From: an uncultured archaeon
Lineage (GTDB): Archaea; Thermoplasmatota; Penumbrarchaeia; JASLWR01
Assembly: GCA_964342815.1 (NCBI GenBank)
Contig: CAYFHS010000023.1
Location: 1 to 59,958, forward strand
Direction: 5' to 3'
DNA: 59,958 nt
Part shown: positions 52,764-59,958 of the stretch, one piece after another
Position numbering within the stretch: position 1 is the stretch's first letter
How the letters are laid out: every line of letters begins with the position of its first letter
Position numbers and translations under genes: made by a program
Notes under the pieces: generated by a model
Seen by the model: only the letters and a program-made list of their open reading frames with translations
Told to the model about the DNA's origin: nothing
The model's database searches: none

Positions 52764-54758
52764 CTAAACATCGCTGTTCCCGTTATGCCAGGGATCGATA
52801 TCGTTCGCCCCGGGACCGGGTTGCGGTATCTTGAATGCAGGATCGCCGTAGAGGCAGAAGAACGTTACTTCGATCCAATCCACGCTGTCACCCCCGTGAA
52901 TGAGGGGCGATACCTTGTAGTTCTTGTTTGGATTGTTCATATAGCGGTTTTCGGCCCATTGAAGCATCTTACCCATTGAGCCGTATTCATCCTCGTGATT
53001 AAGCAGGCCGTCGGCAAGGAAGGCATACCAGGCGTTGTTCTTATCCCAGTGGTAATTTCCCGTGGCCGGACCCTGCAGCTGTTTTAAATCCTGTCCGAGG
53101 TTGCTGTAGCTCACTTCCGTGGCCCCAAATAGACCGATACCCCCGCCGTATAGATAATTGATGGAAAAGAATTCCTTCAGGTCTGTGGGCTCCTCACCGC
53201 TGTAACCATGAGCCTTGGTATTGAGGCAGGAAACGAATACTCCTATCTGAGGCGGCATGAAATAATGGTGAACCGAGTCAACGTCAGCGACCCCGGAGCC
53301 CAGGTCAGCATTTTCCACATATCCCTCCAGTCTTCCCTTGGTATATTCTTCGTCCGGTTCATAGACGTAAAGGCTGGCGTGGTGCGATCCATGGCCGCGG
53401 TAGAACATGATCGCACTGGATTCTATCACAGGTTGAAAATCAACCTCCTTTCCCGAGGTCACGTCCCGGTATCCCTCGTTTCCGGTGGTCCGCATGTAGT
53501 CCCAGGTGAATCCCTCATCCTCGAGATCATCCTTCATATACCAACCGGGGCTCATCTGCAATCTCTGGTCCGCCACCTCAAAGCCGTTCCATACAGAGCC
53601 GTGTGTCCTCCATGTCACTTCCCGGTCTCCTCCCAAAGTTTGCTGCACCCTGATTTTCGGGTTGATCATTTCGTATCCAAGCGTTCGTACGATCTGGTTC
53701 GAAGCCCCCTGTATGTTGTAGTTGATTATCCTGCCCACCGCAGCATCCATTGTATACGGATCGTCGTCCAGAAAACCATATATGTTATCGGAGGAAACGT
53801 TTCCGCTCCCGGAATAACCAGTTACGAAGAAGTGAGGGACTGCAGCGACGGAACCTACAAGAGCAATATACTCTACCGGACCGATCTCCGAATTTATTTT
53901 CCTCAGTTTTACCAGGGCTCCGGTCTGCCAATCGTTCCAACTGGCTCCGGTATTGTCATCGGGATAGATGTCCCCTATGGGTTCTTTCGACGGAATTACA
54001 TCTGTTATGACGAAAGCCCCATGATAGGCTGCAAGCTGTGACGCCATCAGGGAGAGCGATTTGATGTTGAAAGGATTCAGGTACTCGCCGTATATACCAT
54101 CCTGATAATCATCCGGATTGGTTAGAATCACGTAATCCGCACTCTTACCGCTGGCGGTCATCCTCGAAAAGCATTCCTCCTGGGTCGCGAAGGTCGCTTC
54201 ACCTATGATCATTACTTTTCTTTCGTTGGCACAAACGGGGGATGCCCAGAGTGCCTCGCGATATGAGGCTACCGATATAAAGCCGTCGAATCCCAGAAAG
54301 GTTCCCAGTACCTTATCATTTACCGGATGCTGTGTCACCGGATCAACCTGGGCCGATAGGTTGTTTGCCACTATTTCGTCATTTGAGAAGAGAAGTTTGG
54401 GTAATACATTCATGATGGAATTTCGGATAGTCCATATCTGGTGTTCATCCAGAGCTCCGTTTTCGAGAATGAAAAGCGGATTGTAGTTATCCTTTGAGGA
54501 AAGACTGGAAAGGGAAGCAACGAACATATGGTCCCATTCGGTCTCCGGCTCGTCAACAAATATAATGAAGCTGTCCGGCAGAACCCGGGTGGGATTGTAA
54601 ATCCATTCATCTTCAGGCGGCTGTTTTTTAATTGAATAATATACCAGAGTGAAAAAAGCTAGAGAGAGCAGGATCCCTATGGTCCCGAGCACCAATGTCC
54701 TCTTGAAAAGAGAAATTTCCGGCTTCTTCATTAGGGATACTTCCGACGGCATCGTCAC
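52764..54758 (-). CDS. C25 family (gingipain-like) cysteine peptidase, N-terminally anchored
   Basis: YIALVGS....PHF, SSDNIYG, AAVGRI, FYRGHG (His), FVSCL (Cys), GGGIGLFGATEVSY, LYGDPA; N-terminal TM. Confidence 0.72.
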   Translation of the reverse strand: MTMPSEVSLMKKPEISLFKRTLVLGTIGILLSLAFFTLVYYSIKKQPPEDEWIYNPTRVLPDSFIIFVDEPETEWDHMFVASLSSLSSKDNYNPLFILENGALDEHQIWTIRNSIMNVLPKLLFSNDEIVANNLSAQVDPVTQHPVNDKVLGTFLGFDGFISVASYREALWASPVCANERKVMIIGEATFATQEECFSRMTASGKSADYVILTNPDDYQDGIYGEYLNPFNIKSLSLMASQLAAYHGAFVITDVIPSKEPIGDIYPDDNTGASWNDWQTGALVKLRKINSEIGPVEYIALVGSVAAVPHFFVTGYSGSGNVSSDNIYGFLDDDPYTMDAAVGRIINYNIQGASNQIVRTLGYEMINPKIRVQQTLGGDREVTWRTHGSVWNGFEVADQRLQMSPGWYMKDDLEDEGFTWDYMRTTGNEGYRDVTSGKEVDFQPVIESSAIMFYRGHGSHHASLYVYEPDEEYTKGRLEGYVENADLGSGVADVDSVHHYFMPPQIGVFVSCLNTKAHGYSGEEPTDLKEFFSINYLYGGGIGLFGATEVSYSNLGQDLKQLQGPATGNYHWDKNNAWYAFLADGLLNHEDEYGSMGKMLQWAENRYMNNPNKNYKVSPLIHGGDSVDWIEVTFFCLYGDPAFKIPQPGPGANDIDPWHNGNSDV

Positions 54759-54944
54759 ACCAATTATCTAGTCATCCGCTAACTTCGATTTAACGTTTTC
54801 TCGACTTTTAGAATAATCTTCTCCAATGAGCTTTTGGAATATCGGAACGATAGATTCACCAGAAGTATTATAACCATTAATGATATTCTATCAAAGAGAA
54901 CTAGAAGATTTTTCTATCAAAGAGACGGAAAGGTGATAGATAAT

Positions 54945-55664
54945 ATGGATCCTATCTTAAAAGCTACGGCCTTCGCAGATGAAATCGTTGAGGCGATAGG
55001 CAAGAATCACATCTGCACGGTGGTATATGGCCCTCCCCTGGTGGGTAATTATATCGAAGGAAAAACGAAAATACCAATCTTCATCGCTCTTAATCATTAC
55101 GACCCCGATACCATCCAGGCTATGGCGGACGTAGTAGCGAAATGGAAACATGAGGGTATCGGCGGCCCCCACGTGGTGGAACTTGTGGACCTCGAAGGTA
55201 TGTCGGACAGCGTACCGGACGAGCTGATAGAAGTTACCATGAATTACAAGATTGTCAGGGGTAACGATATACTTCGCATTCTACCGGAAATGGATTACGA
55301 GCATGCGCGTGCCCAGGCCGAACTGGCAGTCCGACGATACATGCTGATTCTCCGCAGCCAACTTTTACATTCACTGGGCGATCCCGAAGAGCTCGAAGGT
55401 TTCCTGACCTCACTGGCGTTCTACTGTCAGCTGAGCATGCAGCTGTATTACCGTGTGTTGGGGCAGAACTTTGAAACACCCCTGGAACTTCAGGAGCAGT
55501 TCTATGAGGACTTCCCGGATGCCAGGGAAGATTTCGAGATGCTGGTCAATTACAGCTACGGAGACGCATCCGAACTAACCAAAGAACCTATCGAACTCAT
55601 TGCATCGAGCCTGGACTCTGTTCTTCAACCTCTTTTAAGGCAGATCGACGAGCTAGGGGATTAG
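54945..55664 (+). CDS. Nucleotidyltransferase-fold-like protein with degenerate active site and helical C-terminal domain
   Basis: VVYGPPLVGNYIEGKTKIPIFIAL lines up with the usual VLYGS..RG.....SD.D.L.V pattern; E...VP.E..E......V.G.D.L segment. Start at ATG 54945 (AGGTGA SD). Confidence 0.55.
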   Translation: MDPILKATAFADEIVEAIGKNHICTVVYGPPLVGNYIEGKTKIPIFIALNHYDPDTIQAMADVVAKWKHEGIGGPHVVELVDLEGMSDSVPDELIEVTMNYKIVRGNDILRILPEMDYEHARAQAELAVRRYMLILRSQLLHSLGDPEELEGFLTSLAFYCQLSMQLYYRVLGQNFETPLELQEQFYEDFPDAREDFEMLVNYSYGDASELTKEPIELIASSLDSVLQPLLRQIDELGD

Positions 55665-55805
55665 ATTTACAAAACCATCTTCCGCTCCGGAAATACTGCT
55701 CCTGGGCGGTAATATTTTCTTTAGGCCAGCTATAGGCCTAAAATGATTTATTCTATCCGGAAATCGTTACAGCCGACTGAATCAGAACCCCGACTATTTT
55801 AAGAA

Positions 55806-58646
55806 TCAATAGGTTGGCATGACGTAACCGCAGCGCGGACACTGCCACTGTCCCATGGTATTCTGCTGGCATATACCGCCGCATGAAGCGCATAGAACTG
55901 CCTGGCCGCCGGGATGTTGTTGATGCTGCGGCGGGTATCCCCCGCCGGCTCCGTACTGCGGAGGTTCTCCCTGCTGCTGCCATGCCGGAGGTCCGGATGC
56001 CTGTGGGGGTGGCGTTGCAGCGGCCGGCTTTGCCCCAACGGAAAAGCCCGAGGAAGCCCCTGGCTTTGCTATGGTATATTCCCGGTACCCGTCTCCGGCT
56101 GCCTTCTTCTTCTTTATCATCAGTATAACGATGAGGACGACTATCAGAACAACCACGCCGCCCAGCACCAGAAGGATTATCCATAGCATGCTTTCTTCAG
56201 CGGGATCCAATGGATATTCATCTTCCCCATCCGGAATCCCATCGCCGTCCGTATCCGGATTATTCGGATCGGTTCCTTTTTCCAGCTCTTGGATATCGGT
56301 TAGACCGTCACCGTCAGTATCCGGGTCCTCGGGGTCGGGCCAGAAATCCTTCGGATATCCCGAAGGGTGTGCACCGGCAGCGTCGCGGGCAAAGTGCTGA
56401 ACCGTCTCCCCCATGGAAGTGGTGGTTATTGTATATGTTGCCACCCCGAACAGATCGATCAGTTCGTCATCCTCCACGTCGATCTCTTCCTTGAGCCCTT
56501 TCAATTCCTGGGTCGGAATATTCAGGACCAACGTGTAACCATCATCCTCAAGCGTCCAATTCGGGTTGAATTCGAATTCTTCATCAATAGTGGACACACC
56601 GGCCCACACTCCATTTGTAAAGGTGAACATGTAGAGATATTCGAACATCATGTTCTCGAAGTTATCCTTGGTTATGGCAGGTTCCGTGAACTGCTTGTCT
56701 ACCTCCGATTCCACAATGTAGAAATAATAATTCGCCACTGCATTATCCGCCTCTTCCACCAGTATCTTCCCCTCGGTGGTCATGGTCAGCCTGAGGTAGT
56801 TCACATCCTTCTCCGCAGATACCGAATCAATATTTACCACGTTGTAATCCCCCACGGAATAGATCTTCTCCTCGGAGCCGCTCATGGTCCTGACAGCGAC
56901 ATCATCCGGTGTCGATACACCATCGTAGGGATTCGTCGATCGATCTTCTTCATGCTCGATGGAATCATCATCTTCCACCCCAAAAAACATCATTATATCA
57001 ACAGGGTCGATCACATTGATATCCATATAAGTGAAGTTGTAGGTTAGTTTTCCAGCTCCCAGGGGCCCTTGTTCAGGATCATCAAGAACGTTCAGGGTTA
57101 CCTTGTAATCCCCCGATTTGGTATATTTCATCAGCCACATCTTGTTCGATGCATCCGTATCGTTGCTGTAATTTCCATCCATGTTCTTGTCGATCTTATC
57201 ATAGAAATCCCATCTGTAAAGGAGATTATCCGTTTCTGAGCCGTCTATCATCCCATTCCCGTTCAGATCATCGTCTGGATCGTAGGAACCTTCCGCCGTA
57301 AAGGTCAATTTCATATCAACAAAAGCAACGCCTTCAACCAATCCGTCGATCTTCATTTTCACTATGGGCATATAGTTCAGATACAAATCGAAAGTGTCAA
57401 TGGCCTCGGCACCGTAAGGATCAACAACTTTAAGGGTAACCTTGAATTTTCCACCTTTTGTGAACGTATTAAATACGCTGTAACCCTTCTTGTCCCAGTC
57501 TTCAAGTTTTTCAGGGAGGCCGTCGTTTTCGTCGAAATCCCAGTAGTACTCCAGGTTATCCGTCTCGGATTGGTCTATTTCTTTATTGTTGTTGAGATCG
57601 TCATCTGGATCATATGACGCCGTATTTTCAAATTTCACATCAACGCTCTTGCCGAGCTGCAAGTTGGCATGCACATCATCCCCTGCGTCAACAACCGGAT
57701 TCTGGTTCTCGGTAAACTTTATCTCGTATATACCCCCCGAGCTACCCTGAGGCGGTTTCACAAGGATATAGTAACGCCCCGTATACTTGGATGTCACTGT
57801 AATCTTCTTCTGGTCCCCTGAACCCGAGCTGGTGGCCACCAGTGTATCGTCGTTCATTTTTCCAGGTATACCATTGGTATCCCGGTCCCGATAAATGTAC
57901 ATCTGGAAGTTGGTCGTGGGAGAATGTTCGATAAAGAATACATATGTCTTGTCCATGTCCAGATTAACGTAGAATCCATCAACCACGTCGGGTGATGTAA
58001 AGGAGTTCTGGGATGGGATATCCTTGGAGAGACGGATCGCTGTTTCCGCCAATGCGCTCATGGCCCATTCCTTTCCCGCTATATTGGGGGATGTTGGGTC
58101 CGTGGGTGCGTTGGTTGCCCAATCCCCGGTCTTGGGATCCCAGAAGAACGACTTGTCCTCCTCATCTCCCTCCAGGCATTGGAGTGCGAGGTGCTGGGGT
58201 TTAACCGGTCGGAACTGTATATTGTAATCATCATCCACCATGAGATACTCATTCTCACTGAAGAGGAAATTCTGGGTTTTTTCATTTCCAAAGTTGAATC
58301 CTGAGATCTGGTGCTCTATGAAAGCATCATTATCGTCACCAAGGTCATCCCTCTGAACCAATACCTTGCCGCTGTATCCTGGAGCGTCGCTGAGATTGAA
58401 GGTCATCTGGATCCCCGTTATGAGTTTCACCACGTTGTTGGGATTCTCAATGTTCAAACCTGCCTTCCGGTAGCTCTGGGGGCTCATGTACCAGAGATCC
58501 ACAGCATCTGTAAAATTACCCGTAAGTCCCGGGTCGGCAGTTGCGCTGATAGCGCTGGCGGAGGATGACGCAAGCCCTAGCAATATGACCACCAATAGAG
58601 GAAAAAAACCGATTTTTCTCATTCTAAAATTGTATTCCCTTTTCAT
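55806..58646 (-). CDS. Membrane-anchored surface protein: PPC-like domain, PKD domains, TSP3-like Ca repeats, TM, Pro/Gln tail, Zn ribbon
   Basis: Signal peptide ...ASSASA; TGRYYILVK; PVVDAG...YYWDFD...F.VTLKVVD; DTDGDGLTD...[12 protein letters not shown]; TM then KKKK; CASC...CPRC. Confidence 0.85.
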   Translation of the reverse strand: MKREYNFRMRKIGFFPLLVVILLGLASSSASAISATADPGLTGNFTDAVDLWYMSPQSYRKAGLNIENPNNVVKLITGIQMTFNLSDAPGYSGKVLVQRDDLGDDNDAFIEHQISGFNFGNEKTQNFLFSENEYLMVDDDYNIQFRPVKPQHLALQCLEGDEEDKSFFWDPKTGDWATNAPTDPTSPNIAGKEWAMSALAETAIRLSKDIPSQNSFTSPDVVDGFYVNLDMDKTYVFFIEHSPTTNFQMYIYRDRDTNGIPGKMNDDTLVATSSGSGDQKKITVTSKYTGRYYILVKPPQGSSGGIYEIKFTENQNPVVDAGDDVHANLQLGKSVDVKFENTASYDPDDDLNNNKEIDQSETDNLEYYWDFDENDGLPEKLEDWDKKGYSVFNTFTKGGKFKVTLKVVDPYGAEAIDTFDLYLNYMPIVKMKIDGLVEGVAFVDMKLTFTAEGSYDPDDDLNGNGMIDGSETDNLLYRWDFYDKIDKNMDGNYSNDTDASNKMWLMKYTKSGDYKVTLNVLDDPEQGPLGAGKLTYNFTYMDINVIDPVDIMMFFGVEDDDSIEHEEDRSTNPYDGVSTPDDVAVRTMSGSEEKIYSVGDYNVVNIDSVSAEKDVNYLRLTMTTEGKILVEEADNAVANYYFYIVESEVDKQFTEPAITKDNFENMMFEYLYMFTFTNGVWAGVSTIDEEFEFNPNWTLEDDGYTLVLNIPTQELKGLKEEIDVEDDELIDLFGVATYTITTTSMGETVQHFARDAAGAHPSGYPKDFWPDPEDPDTDGDGLTDIQELEKGTDPNNPDTDGDGIPDGEDEYPLDPAEESMLWIILLVLGGVVVLIVVLIVILMIKKKKAAGDGYREYTIAKPGASSGFSVGAKPAAATPPPQASGPPAWQQQGEPPQYGAGGGYPPQHQQHPGGQAVLCASCGGICQQNTMGQWQCPRCGYVMPTY

Positions 58647-58945
58647 AACTCTCCCTCAAACCGTATAAATATATCAATATGTCATCTGATCTACTCCCTC
58701 GTATTTCACCGTTATTTACTATCTAAGTGAGCTGGAGGGGTCAGCATTTCATTTTGTTTTTTGTATAGTAATTTATTATAAATTTCTTTTGATAATAATA
58801 TATTATATGAATTCCGTCATTTATAAAAATTGGGATTCAACAAGCCAGATCGAATAAAATCCGGAACGGTACCTCCTATACACAAAGGAATATGGTGAGA
58901 AATCATATGATGATCGGCCGACCGCTCATGCGCCTACCTATCGAT

Positions 58946-59722
58946 CTATCCTCTCAGATAGTTATCCGCATAAAGTTTCTGGTTCAACAGTATTTCACCG
59001 GTCTTCATGACATTCATCAGGTTCTCATCCTCTGGATCCATTATTGCCGAGCTGAGGCCGTGTGACATCAGCATAGCAAGATATATTCTGTTAATTAAAG
59101 AACGTTCCTTGGTGTTGTTGGACACGTTGCTGAGCCCTACCACAGAGTTGGGAGCCGGGTCCGAAAGGGCCTGGAACATATCCATTGCTTTAAGCAGACT
59201 CGCGCACTGCATCTGGGACGCGCTCACCGGGAGAACCAGGGGATCAATGTATACTTTCTCCGGAGTTATTCCATGCATCATGGCGTTCGAAAGCATGATC
59301 ATGGCGAGTTCGGCCCTCTTATCCGGTTCAGATGGGATCCCGGCCTTGTCCATTGTCAAACAGATAATATCTGCATCGTATTCCTTTGCAAGTGGGAAGA
59401 GCCGGTCCATTTTCTCCTGCTCCGCAGTTGTGGAATTGATCATCAAGGGATTCTTTGCGGCCTTCATTCCCGCCTCTATTACATCGATCTTGGGCGAATC
59501 AATTGCCAGCTGGATATCTGTGACCTCGGAAACCGTCTCCACGAGCCATTTCATTACTTCGGCTGCGTTCTTCCTGCCTGGTCCGGTATTGATATCGAGA
59601 ATGTCTGCGCCTGCATCTATATGTTTCCTAGCCAGTTCGTGGATTATGGTCTTGTTTCCTTCATCGATTGCCTTCGACACATCGTTGAACTGTCCGTTGA
59701 TCCTTTCACTGATTATCTTCAT
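58946..59722 (-). CDS. acsE: Methyltetrahydrofolate:corrinoid methyltransferase (AcsE/MeTr-like, pterin-binding TIM barrel)
   Basis: IISERING, AGADILDIN, LAIDS, MINST, YIDPLVLP, VGLSNVSN....R.LIN..YL.M....GL.SAI.DP. Confidence 0.82.
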   Translation of the reverse strand: MKIISERINGQFNDVSKAIDEGNKTIIHELARKHIDAGADILDINTGPGRKNAAEVMKWLVETVSEVTDIQLAIDSPKIDVIEAGMKAAKNPLMINSTTAEQEKMDRLFPLAKEYDADIICLTMDKAGIPSEPDKRAELAMIMLSNAMMHGITPEKVYIDPLVLPVSASQMQCASLLKAMDMFQALSDPAPNSVVGLSNVSNNTKERSLINRIYLAMLMSHGLSSAIMDPEDENLMNVMKTGEILLNQKLYADNYLRG

Positions 59723-59805
59723 AATTTACACCCGCGGTGCTATTAAACAACTATGATTTAAATTATTCGCTATTGTATATTGTCAATGGTGAAAAGCTCG
59801 ATAAA

Positions 59806-59958
59806 ATGGGTCGTGAATTTGTTAATTCACTCCATCCTCGTAAACCAGCAGGTTTTCCTGCGGATGTCGTGATTATCAGCTCGACAACCCTCGACGACCC
59901 TGACGCGTTATACTACGCAATACCTTCGGCATTGCTGCGCCCTCGGGAAGTGTCCCTG
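59806..59958 (+). CDS. Possible 5' end of an ORF running off the right edge, product unknown
   Basis: ATG 59806 open for 51 codons to the window end (MGREFVNSLHPRKPAGFPADVVIISS...), divergent from acsE. Confidence 0.3.
   Translation, partial: MGREFVNSLHPRKPAGFPADVVIISSTTLDDPDALYYAIPSALLRPREVSL

Noticed and set aside
52539-52979. 146-aa plus-strand ORF after phoU
   Set aside because: It starts in an A/T-tract terminator-like region and overlaps the C25 gene 3' end by over 200 nt antisense; no motifs.
59007-59756. Long plus-strand ORFs opposite acsE; likewise 15183..15896, 20183..20854, 37643..38314, 42867..43622, 53208..54041, 56367..57047
   Set aside because: Antisense shadows of motif-supported genes, with no recognisable protein features.
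1-59958. CRISPR arrays, IS elements, prophage, rRNA/tRNA, inteins
   Set aside because: No regularly spaced repeats, transposase/integrase/capsid motifs, RNA gene signatures or intein splice motifs were seen on inspection.

Overview
Chromosomal archaeal DNA, most consistent with Thermoplasmatota. This placement is inferred from TFS, AMMECR1, TATA/BRE promoters, GGAGGTG/AGGTGA Shine-Dalgarno sites, the wHTH-TPR and membrane-anchored double-wHTH proteins, and many Zn-ribbon tails. I found no rRNA, tRNA, CRISPR array, transposase, integrase or phage gene. About 56% of the window (nine ORFs, 11,156 aa) encodes large exported, membrane-anchored surface proteins: a DNRLRE/FN3 protein, an M6 metalloprotease, a 2076-aa PKD protein, two tandem FG-GAP/ASPIC-UnbV+7xPKD paralogs, a CARDB-TM-wHTH sensor, an Ig/FN3 protein, an S8 protease and a PKD/TSP3 protein. 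A VWA protein and a C25 gingipain-like protease add to this set. Metabolic and housekeeping genes are interspersed: pgsA-like, thrC, P2A ATPase, aclBA (ATP-citrate lyase), tfs, Na/Pi cotransporter plus PhoU, and an AcsE-like methyltransferase. The most notable pattern is a shared tail and insert toolkit across unrelated surface proteins: (i) cytoplasmic Zn ribbons, two with identical spacing; (ii) a C-terminal KKV(V/R)/KII polybasic motif; (iii) EF-hand-type loops placed in PKD domains. Other candidates are a PgsA-RING-like fusion, a Cys-rich insert in a GIY-YIG nuclease, two apparent pseudoenzymes and two structured intergenic elements. All family assignments come from motif recognition, not database searches, and novelty is unverified.
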